A stretch of 64,000 nt of DNA. It comes from a bacterium (GTDB lineage Bacteria > JADJOY01). Both the position numbers and the translations under genes were made by a program. Every line of letters starts with the position of its first letter. Position 1 is the stretch's first letter. A model generated the notes under the pieces. That model had not been told where the DNA came from, made no database searches, and was given only the letters and a program-made list of their open reading frames with translations. Shown piece by piece: positions 38,793-49,028 of the stretch. The stretch is taken from positions 1 through 64,000 of the forward strand of contig JAXLQJ010000006.1 in the NCBI GenBank assembly GCA_046331705.1, read 5' to 3'.

Positions 38793-41763
38793 GCGGTCCC
38801 TGGGGCCGTGGGGGTTGCGGTGCGGCACCCGGGCGCGCCGGTGGCGCCGCGGGACGCGGTGGCTGCGGCACCGCCGGCCGATCGCCCGGAGTCCGGGGCG
38901 GTACGGCACCGGCGGCGGGGCGATCCGCTCCCGGGCGCGGTGCCGCGGCCGCGCCGCCGCTCGGCGCGATGGCGCGCTCGGCGGCGCGCGCCGACTCGAC
39001 CTCGGCGGAGCCGGGCAGGTAGGCCTCGAACTCGCGCTTGTTCTCGGCCTTGTTGTAGCCGTCCTCGGGTGAGATCACGCCTTGCTTCACGAGCCTGAGC
39101 AGCTCGTTGTCCATGAGCTGGTTGCCCTGCTCGGCGGAGGTCGCGAGCATCGACGGGATCTGGTAGGTCTTTTCCTTGCGGATCGCGTTGGCGATCGCGT
39201 CGGTGCACACCATCACCTCGATCGCGAGCGCGACACCCTTGCCGTCGGCGCGCGGCACCAGGTGCTGGCTCATCACCGCCTTGAGCGTCTCGGCGAGCAT
39301 GGTGCGCACTTGCGCCTGGTAGCTGGGCGGGAACACGTCGATGATGCGGTCCACGGTCTTGGCGGCGCTCACCGTGTGCAGCGTGCCGAACACCAGGTGG
39401 CCGGTCTCGGCGGCGGTGATCGCGGTGGAGATGGTCTCGTAGTCGCGCATCTCGCCGACCAGGATCACGTCGGGGTCCTGGCGCAGCGCGCCGCGCAGCG
39501 CCTCGGCGAATCCCTTGGTGTGCTCGCCCACCTCGCGCTGGTTGATGGTGCAACGCTGGTTCGCGTGCACGTATTCGATGGGGTCCTCGACGGTGATGAT
39601 GTGCTCGGTGCGGGTGCGGTTGATGTAGTCGATCATCGCCGCGAGCGTGGTGGACTTGCCCGACGCCGTGGGCCCGGTCACCAGCACCAGCCCGTTGCGC
39701 AGCTGACAGAAGCGCTTGGCGATGGCGGGCAAGCCGAGCTGCTCGAGGGTGCGGGTCTCGCTCGGCACCACGCGAAACGCCGCCGCGTGCCCGGTGAACT
39801 GGCGATAGACGTTGACGCGGAAGCGGCCCTTCTCGCCGCGGATCGAGTACGAGAAGTCGACGTCCTTCCTCTCGTCGAAGAACTCGCGGTGCTGGGTCGG
39901 GTTCATGATGTCGACCATGATCCGCTCGATCTGCTCGTTGGTGAGCACGTCGCCGCGGATCGGCCGCACCTCGCCGTGGTGCTTCACCATCGGCGCGCGG
40001 TTGCCGAGCAGGAAGAGGTCGTGGGCGCCCTGGTCGCGCGTCTCGAGCAGCAGCCGGTCGATGAAGCTCACGTCGCGATAGGCGACGCGGCTGCGCTCTT
40101 CCTCCGTCAGCTTCACCTGCAGGCGTTGCAGCAGCTGCAAGGCGCGGTGGCGGACGCGCTTGTCCGGGTCGGCCAGCAGCGGCTGCACGCGCGGTGCGAC
40201 CTGCGGGTCCGCGAACTTCTCGAGGGCGGCCAGCACCTCCAAGCGGAACTCGGCGGAGCCGGTGGTGAGCAGCACCAGCAGCGCCGGCAGGCCGCGCGGA
40301 TCCTGGAGCTGACCCAGCGCCTTCACGATCACCCAGCGCAGCTCTTCCTCGGCGCGCAGGAGCTGCAAGAGGTGCGGCACGGCCTCGGTGACGCCGAGGG
40401 TCGCCAGCGACTCGATGGCGCGCTCGCGCACCCACCAGTCGGGATCCTTGGTGCAGCGCAGGATCTCGGGGGCGACCGAGCGGTCGCCGATGCGCACCAC
40501 CACTTCCAGCGCGTAGCGCCGCACGATCTCGTTCTTGTCGGTGAGCAGCCCGAGGATCGGCTGCAGGATCTCGCGCCCGCCGATCTCGGTGAGCACGTCG
40601 GTGACGCTCTCGCGCACCCACCAGTCCTCGTCGCGCAGGTAGTCCACCAGCCGCGCCCACGCTTGTCGCTCGTGCTCGCCGCCGATCGCGCGGATCACCT
40701 CGATGACGCTGCGCCGCACGTTGACGTCGCGGTCGCGCATCATCAGCACGAGCATCCGGCCCATGCGCACCTTGGGCGAGCGGCCGAGGGCTCCCAGCAC
40801 CTCGATCGCCTTCTGGCGCACCATCAGCTCTTCCTCGCGCAAGAGCTCGATCAGGTGCTCGAGCACGACCTCGTCCTCGAAGCCGCCGAGCGCGGTCATC
40901 GCCTCCAGGCGCACGCCGACGTAGCCCGAGCGCAGGAACGGGATGAGCGCGGGGATCGCCTCGGGCGCCTTGATGAGGCCGAGGCTCTTGATGAGCGGCT
41001 GCTGATAGCGTCGGTCCGCCTTCTTCAGGAGCTCGACGAGGAACGGCACGTCCTCCGGCCCGGCGATCTCGCCCATCGCGCCGGCGATGCGCATGGTGAG
41101 CTCGGGATCGTCGGTGGTGCAGGCGGCGCGCATCGCGTCGACGGCGGCGCGCTGGCGCTGCTTCATGATCGACATGTCGCTCAGGAACCGGAGCGCCACG
41201 AGCTGGTCGGCCTTCTCGCCGCTCTTGAGCAGCTGGCCCAGCACCGGGATCGAGTGGTGGCCGCCGATGCGGACGATCGCCTCGATCGCTTCCTTGCGGC
41301 TCGCCCAGTTGCCGTCGAGCACCGCGCGGCAGAGCACCTCGTAGACCGAGCGTCCGCCCTTGCCGGTGACGATCGCGAGGCCGGCCTGCCGCAGATCCTC
41401 CTTGTCGCTGCGCAAGAGCTCGATCACGGGCGCGGGCTGCTCGCGCACCGGGAGCTGCGCCAGCGTCTGCACCAGGTAGCGCCGGATCAGCGGCGATGCG
41501 GGGCGCAACAGCTCGACGAGCCCCGGGATGTGGTCGGCGCGACCGATCGCGCTCATCACGTCCTGAAGGGTCGCGAGCGCGGTCTCGACGACGCGGTTGT
41601 TGGGCTCTTGCATCAGCTCGCGCAGCACCGATGCGAGCGGCTTCGCCGGCACCTCGCCGGCGGCCACGAATCGCTCGACGAAGGCCTTGCGCTCTTCCTC
41701 GCTCACCCAGGCCGCGCGCCTGAGCTCGTCGACGAGTCCTTTGCCTTTCCCCTCGAAGAGCAT
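38776..41763 (-). CDS. HEAT-repeat / PilT-family ATPase fusion protein
   Basis: ~560 aa of HEAT-like repeats (D.DWWVRE.A, DVNVRR) followed by a full PilT domain: GPTASGKSTT, TVEDPIE, LRQDPDVILVGEMRD, GTLHT. Confidence 0.9.
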   Translation of the reverse strand: MLFEGKGKGLVDELRRAAWVSEEERKAFVERFVAAGEVPAKPLASVLRELMQEPNNRVVETALATLQDVMSAIGRADHIPGLVELLRPASPLIRRYLVQTLAQLPVREQPAPVIELLRSDKEDLRQAGLAIVTGKGGRSVYEVLCRAVLDGNWASRKEAIEAIVRIGGHHSIPVLGQLLKSGEKADQLVALRFLSDMSIMKQRQRAAVDAMRAACTTDDPELTMRIAGAMGEIAGPEDVPFLVELLKKADRRYQQPLIKSLGLIKAPEAIPALIPFLRSGYVGVRLEAMTALGGFEDEVVLEHLIELLREEELMVRQKAIEVLGALGRSPKVRMGRMLVLMMRDRDVNVRRSVIEVIRAIGGEHERQAWARLVDYLRDEDWWVRESVTDVLTEIGGREILQPILGLLTDKNEIVRRYALEVVVRIGDRSVAPEILRCTKDPDWWVRERAIESLATLGVTEAVPHLLQLLRAEEELRWVIVKALGQLQDPRGLPALLVLLTTGSAEFRLEVLAALEKFADPQVAPRVQPLLADPDKRVRHRALQLLQRLQVKLTEEERSRVAYRDVSFIDRLLLETRDQGAHDLFLLGNRAPMVKHHGEVRPIRGDVLTNEQIERIMVDIMNPTQHREFFDERKDVDFSYSIRGEKGRFRVNVYRQFTGHAAAFRVVPSETRTLEQLGLPAIAKRFCQLRNGLVLVTGPTASGKSTTLAAMIDYINRTRTEHIITVEDPIEYVHANQRCTINQREVGEHTKGFAEALRGALRQDPDVILVGEMRDYETISTAITAAETGHLVFGTLHTVSAAKTVDRIIDVFPPSYQAQVRTMLAETLKAVMSQHLVPRADGKGVALAIEVMVCTDAIANAIRKEKTYQIPSMLATSAEQGNQLMDNELLRLVKQGVISPEDGYNKAENKREFEAYLPGSAEVESARAAERAIAPSGGAAAAPRPGADRPAAGAVPPRTPGDRPAVPQPPRPAAPPARPGAAPQPPRPQGPHGKDR

Positions 41764-41773
41764 TCGGTCTCCT

Positions 41774-43507
41774 TCACGGGTGAGGCAGGCCGGACTGGGT
41801 GGTGCGTCCGCGCGGCGAGGGCGGCGCCTCGCGCTCGGTGCTGGCGCCGTTCTTCGCCCGCGCGCCGTCGTCGGTCCCCAGGTCGAGCGGCAAGGTGACG
41901 ACGAAGCGCGTCCCGACGTCCTCCGCGGTCTCGAAGTCGACGATCCCGCCGTGCGCTTCCACGAAGCGCTTGGCGATGGGCAGCCCCAGCCCCGTGCCCT
42001 TGAGACCCTTGGTGCTGAAGAAGCACTCGAAGATGTGCGCGCGGGCCTGGGGCGGGATGCCGGGCCCGCTGTCGCGCACCTCGAAGCGCAGCAGACCTTG
42101 GGACGCGTCCGCGCCCACTCCGAACGTGAGCTTGCCGCCGCCCTGCGGCTCCATCGCCTCGATGGCGTTGAGGCCGAGGTTGACGAGCACGCTCACGATC
42201 CAGCCGGGATCGAGCCGGCACGCCGAGGGCGTGTTGACGTCGACCTCGGCCAGCTCGATGCGAACGTGGCCCATGGCGGCGCGGTCCTCGAGCGATTCCC
42301 GGGCGCGCGCGATCAACACCCGCGGATCGCACGGCTCGAGCACCGGGGTGCGCTCGCCGGCGAACGAGAGCACGTCGAGCACGGTGCGCTCGAGACGTTC
42401 GTGATAGCCCTTCACCCGCCGCCAGCTCGTGCTCAGGATCTCGTGCTCGGGCGCGAGGTCCGCGGCGAGCGCGTCGTCGATGAGCGGCGCGTAAACCGCC
42501 AGGCCCTGCAGCACGTTCTTCACGTGGTGCGAGAACTCCGCCATCGTGCGTCCCACCGCGGCGAGCCGTTCGCGGGCCACCATCTCTTGGGCGAGGCGGC
42601 TGTTCTCGATGGCGAGCGCCGCTTCGTTGCCGATCCCGTTCAAGAGCTCGAGGTCCGCCTGCGCGAGGCGCGCGCCGGTCTCGCGGGTGTCGACGTGCAG
42701 CACGCCCAGCACCCGCTCGCCGCGGATGAGCGGGACGCAGATCGCGGATCGCATGAGCCGCAGGTTGCCGCTCGTGTCGCGGCCGAAGCGGGCGTCGCTC
42801 TGGACGTCCATCGAGAGGATCGCGACGCGCTCGTCGAGGCAGCGCTTCAGGATCGTGCGCGAGATCGCCACCGGCTCGCTCACGGTCTCGCCGCGGGTGC
42901 GCGCGACCTCGGGGGCGAGCTCGCCCGAGCCCGGGCGCATCAAGAGGATCGCGCCGTGGTCGGCGGGCAGCGCGTCGAAGGCGATGTCGAGGACGCCGTC
43001 GAGGATGCTGCGCAGCGATTGGGTTCCCGACCGCGCGATGAGCTCGGTGACGCGGTAGATCGAGTCGAGGCGCGCCTTGAGCGTCGGCGCCTCGAGCTGG
43101 CTCATGGCCAGCTCCTTGAGGTTGGTGCGCTCCGCGTCCACCCGCGCTTGCACGACGCTGGTGGCGAGCTCGGCGAAGTCCTCGCGCACGTCCACCTGCG
43201 GGCGGCGCGTGGTGGCGGTGGCGCCGCCGACCTCGAGCACGGTGGTGCCGATCTGGATCCGGTCGCCGGCCTCGAGCGCGACCTCGCGGCTCACCCGCTG
43301 GCGATTGAGGTAGGTGCCGTTGGCGCTACCGAGGTCGCGGATGAACGGCGCGTCGGTGGTGCCGAGGATCAGCGCGTGCCGTCGCGACACCGAGCGATCC
43401 GCGAGCACCAGATCGCAGGTGGCGTCGCGGCCCATCACCATGGGCAGCGACGGGAACGAGATCTCTCGGCCGGCGTCCTTGCCGTCGACGATGCGCAGCG
43501 TGAGCAT
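41774..43507 (-). CDS. FHA-GAF-histidine kinase
   Basis: FHA GR..SRRHA..DLGSANGT; GAF ISRTIL..RSAICVPL; H-box SHHVKN; FFSTKG, GTGLGL. Confidence 0.9.
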   Translation of the reverse strand: MLTLRIVDGKDAGREISFPSLPMVMGRDATCDLVLADRSVSRRHALILGTTDAPFIRDLGSANGTYLNRQRVSREVALEAGDRIQIGTTVLEVGGATATTRRPQVDVREDFAELATSVVQARVDAERTNLKELAMSQLEAPTLKARLDSIYRVTELIARSGTQSLRSILDGVLDIAFDALPADHGAILLMRPGSGELAPEVARTRGETVSEPVAISRTILKRCLDERVAILSMDVQSDARFGRDTSGNLRLMRSAICVPLIRGERVLGVLHVDTRETGARLAQADLELLNGIGNEAALAIENSRLAQEMVARERLAAVGRTMAEFSHHVKNVLQGLAVYAPLIDDALAADLAPEHEILSTSWRRVKGYHERLERTVLDVLSFAGERTPVLEPCDPRVLIARARESLEDRAAMGHVRIELAEVDVNTPSACRLDPGWIVSVLVNLGLNAIEAMEPQGGGKLTFGVGADASQGLLRFEVRDSGPGIPPQARAHIFECFFSTKGLKGTGLGLPIAKRFVEAHGGIVDFETAEDVGTRFVVTLPLDLGTDDGARAKNGASTEREAPPSPRGRTTQSGLPHP

Positions 43508-43581
43508 GACCCGGCGGCTGGCGAGTGACGAGCGGTCGTGGAACCGCTCCGCGCGCGAACCCTACCACGCTGCCGCAGCGA

Positions 43582-44151
43582 TCACGAAGGGTGTGCCGGC
43601 AGATAAGGCTGCCAAGCGCTGGGGATGCGCACGCGCCCCAGCCCGCCCAGGAAGAGCTGCGTCGGCCGGTGCGGGCGGCGCGCGAGGCGCATGCCGGCCT
43701 CCTCCGGCGTGCGATCGCCCTTGCGGCGATTGCACGGGATGCAGCACGTCACCACGTTCGTCCAATCGGTGCGTCCGCCGCGGGTGCGCGGCAGCACGTG
43801 GTCGTAGCTCAAGAGGTGCGGCGCCAGCCGATCGCCGCAGTACTGGCAGGTGAGCGCGTCGCGGGCGTACACGTTGGTGCGCGAGAAGGGCACGTCGCGG
43901 ACCCTGAGCGGCGCGCGGTGCCGCAGCCGCAGCACGGCGGGTAGCGCCATGGAGCGGGTGACCGAGTGGATCGAGCACGGGTGGACGTCCAGCACCTCCA
44001 CCTTGTCGACGAAGCTCAACACCACTGCGCGTCGCCACGACACGATCCGGAGCGGCTCGTAGGTCGTGTTGAGGAGCAGCGCCGGCTCGAGCGCGCGCGC
44101 AGGAGCCGTGGGCTCCGTCGTCGTGAGGTCCCAGTCGGCGAGGTCGTACAT
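43582..44151 (-). CDS. HNH endonuclease
   Basis: LLLNTTYEPL, RDALTCQYCG, DHVLPRTRGG..WTNVVTCCIPCNRRKG. Confidence 0.9.
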   Translation of the reverse strand: MYDLADWDLTTTEPTAPARALEPALLLNTTYEPLRIVSWRRAVVLSFVDKVEVLDVHPCSIHSVTRSMALPAVLRLRHRAPLRVRDVPFSRTNVYARDALTCQYCGDRLAPHLLSYDHVLPRTRGGRTDWTNVVTCCIPCNRRKGDRTPEEAGMRLARRPHRPTQLFLGGLGRVRIPSAWQPYLPAHPS

Positions 44152-44741
44152 CAGGGTGCGTAGTTGCGGAGCAAGGTGGTGCCGACCAGCGCCGCGAGGA
44201 TCAGGAAGAGCAGGAAGACGACGAGGCTCGAGTAGGCGCGCCGCAGGGTGGGCTCGCGGTCGTCGCCGAGCGCCACGGTGCGCACCGGCTGCCGGCTGCG
44301 GCGGCCTTCGAGCTCGCGCGCGTAGTCGGCGCGCTTGCGTTCGAGGTTCGAGCTCTGCGCTTCCTTGAATCGCGACAGCGCCGCTGCGTCGATCCAGAAG
44401 CCGTCGCCGCGGTCGCAGAGACGAAGCTCGAGATCGGCGGGCACCTTGAGGTTGGGGGGAAGATCCTTGCCGAGGACGCGCGTGAGCTCGGTCTTGCAGG
44501 CGGGGCAGGGGAACGACTGCCGCACCAGATCGCTGGTGCGGGTGGGCTCGAGGGCCACGCGGTCGTCCCACTCGGCGACGACTTGCGGCGAAAGCGCCAG
44601 GATGCGCCCCCAGGACGTGAAGACGCCGCCGCATCTCGCGCAACGATCGACCTCGATGCGGCTGCCGTAGTGGCTCGCCGCCTGCTCGGTGTCGAGCGCC
44701 GCGTTGCAGCGCGGGCAGGGAAGCTCGCGGGGCGCTTCCAT
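44151..44741 (-). CDS. zf-TFIIB-like double zinc-ribbon protein with a C-terminal TM anchor
   Basis: CPRC..VDRCARCGG and CPAC..CDRGDGFWID; C-terminal hydrophobic helix. Confidence 0.75.
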   Translation of the reverse strand: MEAPRELPCPRCNAALDTEQAASHYGSRIEVDRCARCGGVFTSWGRILALSPQVVAEWDDRVALEPTRTSDLVRQSFPCPACKTELTRVLGKDLPPNLKVPADLELRLCDRGDGFWIDAAALSRFKEAQSSNLERKRADYARELEGRRSRQPVRTVALGDDREPTLRRAYSSLVVFLLFLILAALVGTTLLRNYAP

Positions 44742-44801
44742 CGCGGCGGATTCTAGCAAGGTCCGCCACGTACCTCATCGCCTGCCGTGCGGCGGGCGGG
44801 G

Positions 44802-45650
44802 TCAGGTCGGGGCCGGTCGCTCGGCCGCCTGCGCGCTGCTCGGAGCCACCGACCATTCGAGGTAGAGCAACGTGCCCGCCACGACCTGGACGGGGAGCAT
44901 CAGCAAGTTGAGGAATGGCACGGCGGTGATGCCGAGCACCGTGGCGCCGAAGGCCATGGCGGCGAAGCGGTGCTCACCCAGGATGCGCCGCTTGTCCGCG
45001 AAGCTCAGGCGCCGGCGGCTCATGGGCAGATCGGTGTGGTCCCAGGCCAGGAAGTAGCACGAGGCGAGCGTGCCAAGGACGGAGAACGCGAGGGTGCCGA
45101 CGGCGGGCAGCACGTTGAGCAGCCCCAGCGCGAGCATGACCACGAGATAGAAGCCGGTGCGACGCAGCTCGGCGGCGAAGGCGTAGCTCGCCTCGCGCCA
45201 GATCGCCCCGATTCCCTTGGCAGCGTCGCCGGGTGGCGGCGCGAGGCCGAGCTCGGCGAGCCGCAGCGCTTCCGTGCGCTGCGACAGGACTTCGTTGAAG
45301 GGCGCGGCGACGAAGCCGCCCACCAGCGTGAAGCCGAAGAAGATCGCCGCCGCGAAGAGCACCACGAGGAGCGCCGCGAGGATGGCGGTGGCGATCCACG
45401 AGAGCGTGACCAGCAGCGCATGGACCACGCCCGCACCGGTGCCGACCGCGAGGATTCCGCTCGCGAGCCCCAGGATCGAGCCGAATGACTGGACGAACAC
45501 GAGGATCGCCACGGTGAAGATCACCGCGTTGATCGCGAGCGGCACGACCGCCAGCCGCTTGAGCGACGGGTTCGCCATCAGGAAGCGGAACCCGCGGATC
45601 GGCGCGGTGACGCCGGTCGCGACGTCGGCGATCAATCCGCGGGAGGCCAT
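44802..45650 (-). CDS. EI24/CysZ-like membrane protein
   Basis: VVPLAIN, VAAPFNEVLS..E, LAWDHTDLPMSRR, VPFLNLLMLP..VVAGTLL. Confidence 0.8.
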   Translation of the reverse strand: MASRGLIADVATGVTAPIRGFRFLMANPSLKRLAVVPLAINAVIFTVAILVFVQSFGSILGLASGILAVGTGAGVVHALLVTLSWIATAILAALLVVLFAAAIFFGFTLVGGFVAAPFNEVLSQRTEALRLAELGLAPPPGDAAKGIGAIWREASYAFAAELRRTGFYLVVMLALGLLNVLPAVGTLAFSVLGTLASCYFLAWDHTDLPMSRRRLSFADKRRILGEHRFAAMAFGATVLGITAVPFLNLLMLPVQVVAGTLLYLEWSVAPSSAQAAERPAPT

Positions 45651-45898
45651 GAGCGGGTACCGAGGAATGCGAGGCCGCGGCAGCAGCCGAGGCGGACGAG
45701 GCGAAGCGTGTCGACGCGTCCCGCGCCCGTCAAGTCGCGAAGGTCGGATGCGGTGCGGGGTGGCACGCGCTGCGCGCCGATCCTCTCGGTCGACGAGCGC
45801 GACCGCTTCGGGCGCGAGCCCGATCCCGCGTGGCACCGGCGGTTGGGGGGGGGCCGGCGGTTGGCACGCGTGAGAGCGCTTTGCTACGGTGCGCGCCG

Positions 45899-46882
45899 AT
45901 GTCCGACGCAACGAGCAAGCGAGCCTCGCGACCCGACCCCAATCGCTGGGGCGCGATGCCTTCGGGGCCCGATCTCGAAGCCAACACGCTGCTGCTCAAG
46001 AACCCGTTCCTGCTCCCCAGCGGGCAGCGGCGGGCGAGCCTCATCGTGCTGCGCGGCAGCGACGTGGGGCGCGAGCTGCCGCTGGTCGCCGAGGAGGTCG
46101 AGCTCGGTCGCGACGTGCGGCTGCCGATTCCCATCGAGGACGAGATGGTGTCGCGCCGTCACGCGGTGATCCGGCGCGTGGGCGGCGCCGACGAGTTCCG
46201 CCACGTGATCCGGGATCTCGAGAGCACCAACGGCATCCTGGTCAACAACCGCAAGCTCAGCGAGGTGGAGCTGCGCGACGGCGACCGCATCGTGCTGGGC
46301 GAGACGGTCTTGCTCTATCGCGTGCTCGACGAGATCGACATCGGCTACCAGGAGGAGATCAAGAAGCTGGTGCGCTACCACGAGCTCACCGGCTTCCTGA
46401 CGCTCAAGGAGTTCTACCGGATGGTGCGCCGCGAGATGTCGGCCGGCAGCGACGCTCGCCCGTTCGCGCTCCTGATGGTCGACGTCGACAACCTGCGCGA
46501 GATCAACGCGCTCTACGGCCACCTCGCGGGCGGCGCCGTGATCCGCCGCATCGGCGAGGTCTTCCGTGGCGTGCTCACGGCCGACCAGGCCGTCGGCATC
46601 TACGGCGGCGACGAGTTCATCTGCCTGCTTCCCAGCACGCGTCGCGCCGACGCCTTCGACGTCGCCGAGCGGCTTCGTCTGGCGGTCGAGCGCGACACCC
46701 TCAAGCTCAACGATTCGCGGATCCCGTTCACGATCTGCATCGGCATCGCCGAGTACCCCGCCGACGGCGACCGCATCCAGGACCTGGTGCAGCGTGCCGA
46801 CGTCGCGCTCTATCGCGCCAAGGCGCAGGGCAAGAACCGCACCGTGGTGTACGAGTCGGCGAGCGATTCGCGCGTCCGCTGA
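45899..46882 (+). CDS. FHA-domain diguanylate cyclase
   Basis: FHA LGR..VSRRHA..DLESTNG; DVDNLREIN.LYGHLAG, YGGDEF, ADVALYRAK..GKNR. Confidence 0.9.
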   Translation: MSDATSKRASRPDPNRWGAMPSGPDLEANTLLLKNPFLLPSGQRRASLIVLRGSDVGRELPLVAEEVELGRDVRLPIPIEDEMVSRRHAVIRRVGGADEFRHVIRDLESTNGILVNNRKLSEVELRDGDRIVLGETVLLYRVLDEIDIGYQEEIKKLVRYHELTGFLTLKEFYRMVRREMSAGSDARPFALLMVDVDNLREINALYGHLAGGAVIRRIGEVFRGVLTADQAVGIYGGDEFICLLPSTRRADAFDVAERLRLAVERDTLKLNDSRIPFTICIGIAEYPADGDRIQDLVQRADVALYRAKAQGKNRTVVYESASDSRVR

Positions 46883-46924
46883 GCGGCGTCGCATCCGCCC
46901 CGCGCCAGCGCGAGATCGCGAAGG

Positions 46925-48625
46925 ATGAGCGAGCAACCCGTCCAGCCCGCGCGCCTGTCGTGGCCGGCGCTCGCCGTGTTGCCGGCGGACGCGGCGGTGT
47001 TCGGCGTCGCGGTCTACACGGTCACCCACGCGGCGCTCTTCTGGGCCGACGGCATCGTGCCGATGTCGCGGGTGCTCACGACGCTGGCCATCGCGCTACC
47101 GGCGGTGGTCGCGATGTCGTGGCTGGGAGTGCGCGCGGTGGGCGGGCGCCGCTGGTGGAAGGTCGCGATCGATCTCGCGCTCTTCGCCGCACCGCCGCTG
47201 CTGCTCACCTGGGTGGTGCTGCGCGTCGCCCCCAGCATCGACCGCGATCCGGAGCATCCCGGCGCCGTGAATCCGCTCTTCGTGCCCATCGAATGGCACA
47301 AGCTGCCGCGGAACCTGTTGCAGATCCTGGAAGCGTTCCCGGTGGTGTCGGCGATCGTCGCGGTGGCGGTGGTGACGCTCGGGGTGCTGCGCTTTCGCTT
47401 CGGGCTGAAGCGCACGGTGATCGTGGCGTTCCTGGCCTGGATGGTGGTGGCGCAGTGGCGCTTCCGCCCCGAGCAGCTCGGCTCGCGCGCGTACACGTTC
47501 AAGGTGGAATCGTGCGTGCCGATCGCGCTGCTGCTGGCGGCGAGCGTGCTCGGCTGGCCGCGCTTCTACGCGCGCGGCAGTGTCGTGGCCATCGCGTTCG
47601 GCTCGCTGTTCGCGTTCTACAGCGCCACGGTGCCGTTCGAGGTCGGCAAGCGCGCGCAAGCGGTGCCGGGGCTCGCGGTGCTCTATCCGCCGCCGGGAGT
47701 CGTGCCGGAGATCCCCACCGAGTACCTGCGCGACGTGTTCGTCGATCACGACGCCGGTGCGCTCTTCGCGACCTACGGGCCCACGTCCGGCATCATCCGC
47801 CTCGACCTGGCCTCGCGCGCGCTCACCAAGCACCACACCGAGGGGCTCTTCCGGCATTTCCGCACCTGGGGCGGCGAGCCCAGGCTGTGGACGGTCGATT
47901 GGCTCTACTCGGAGCTCTTGACGTTCGAGAAGCCCACCTTCGCGCTCGCGAGCAAGCAGCCCATCACCGACGACGTGTTGATCCAGCCCATCGATCTCGA
48001 GGTCCTTCCCGAGGGCTTCGCCATCGTCAGCACCGAGTATCCGGCGGTGACGCTCTTCGACCGCGAGACCTTCGCCAAGAAGGCGCAGATCGACTTCTAC
48101 CGCAGCGGGCTCACGCGTTTTCGCAGCGGCGCTTGGCTGATCAACCACGATCCCGTCGAGAACCGGCTCTTCGTCGAGGTGGGCATGCTCGACCTCGACG
48201 ACCAGTTCGCGATCGTGAAGCTCGATCCCGCGACCCTCGCCGTCGTGGACGAGCTCAAGCTGAAGGCGGGCGGCCTGACGATGGTGCCGCTGGTCGCGAA
48301 GCGCAGCCTCTTGCTGGGCGATTTCTACAGCCACGATCTGGTCGAGATCGACATGAGCCCGTTGCGCGTGCGGCGCACGCTCCACACGGTCCTCAACTGC
48401 CGCTCGATCGCCTACGACGCGAAGCGCGACCTCGTCTACGCCGCGAGCTTCATCACCGGCGACCTCGAGGTCTTGCGTTACGCCGACGGCTCGCTGGTGA
48501 AGCGCGCGTACGTCGGCAAGAAGCCGTCGGGCTTCTTCCTCGATCAATCCGACGGCAACGACGCGCTCTACTTCGGATCCAGCACCGGCATCCTGAAGCT
48601 CGATCTGCCGACCTTCCTGGGGTGA
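46925..48625 (+). CDS. Multi-TM membrane protein with a C-terminal beta-propeller-like domain
   Basis: About 7 hydrophobic segments, then repeated beta-rich blades (RLFVE, LLLGD, LVYAAS, LYFGS). Confidence 0.65.
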   Translation: MSEQPVQPARLSWPALAVLPADAAVFGVAVYTVTHAALFWADGIVPMSRVLTTLAIALPAVVAMSWLGVRAVGGRRWWKVAIDLALFAAPPLLLTWVVLRVAPSIDRDPEHPGAVNPLFVPIEWHKLPRNLLQILEAFPVVSAIVAVAVVTLGVLRFRFGLKRTVIVAFLAWMVVAQWRFRPEQLGSRAYTFKVESCVPIALLLAASVLGWPRFYARGSVVAIAFGSLFAFYSATVPFEVGKRAQAVPGLAVLYPPPGVVPEIPTEYLRDVFVDHDAGALFATYGPTSGIIRLDLASRALTKHHTEGLFRHFRTWGGEPRLWTVDWLYSELLTFEKPTFALASKQPITDDVLIQPIDLEVLPEGFAIVSTEYPAVTLFDRETFAKKAQIDFYRSGLTRFRSGAWLINHDPVENRLFVEVGMLDLDDQFAIVKLDPATLAVVDELKLKAGGLTMVPLVAKRSLLLGDFYSHDLVEIDMSPLRVRRTLHTVLNCRSIAYDAKRDLVYAASFITGDLEVLRYADGSLVKRAYVGKKPSGFFLDQSDGNDALYFGSSTGILKLDLPTFLG

Positions 48626-48662
48626 GCCCGAAGGCCTCGGCGGTCGAGCGCCCGGCCCCCGG

Positions 48663-49016
48663 TCAATGCGTCTCGCCGAACGCGATGCCTTGGCGGACGT
48701 GGCCGATTGCGGAGGAGACGTGCCCTTGCGCCACCTGCACCCAGCCGCCCTTGCCGCGTCCGGCCTGGGATAGGTCGTATTGCGCGAGCTCGAGCTGCTT
48801 GAGCGCACGCCGCATGTGGGGCTGATCCGGCGCGGGCTTGGATTGGCTCCTCGGCGGCTCGGGCTTGGGCTGCACGCTCGGCCTCGTCGCGGGTGCCGTG
48901 CCGCCCGCCGGCTCGGCTTGCTGCTTCTTGCTCTTGGCGAGCGCGAGGGCGGGGCGGGTGGCGACTCCCGCGGAGAATGCGAGCGCCGTCGCGAGCGCCC
49001 AGACGATGAGCCGCAT
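48663..49016 (-). CDS. Small secreted helical-hairpin protein (QPxM..KGG family)
   Basis: Signal peptide, Pro-rich linker, QPHMRRALKQL..GKGGW..AIGHVRQGI. Confidence 0.7.
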   Translation of the reverse strand: MRLIVWALATALAFSAGVATRPALALAKSKKQQAEPAGGTAPATRPSVQPKPEPPRSQSKPAPDQPHMRRALKQLELAQYDLSQAGRGKGGWVQVAQGHVSSAIGHVRQGIAFGETH

Positions 49017-49028
49017 GACGATCTCTCC

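Noticed and set aside
43582-44151. HNH gene as a mobile element or defence marker
   Set aside because: Ordinary stand-alone HNH family with host-like composition; no flanking repeats or intron context.
45761-45775. TGGCACG-CGCT-GCGC as a sigma54 promoter for the diguanylate cyclase
   Set aside because: The -12 element lacks TTGC; weak in GC-rich DNA.
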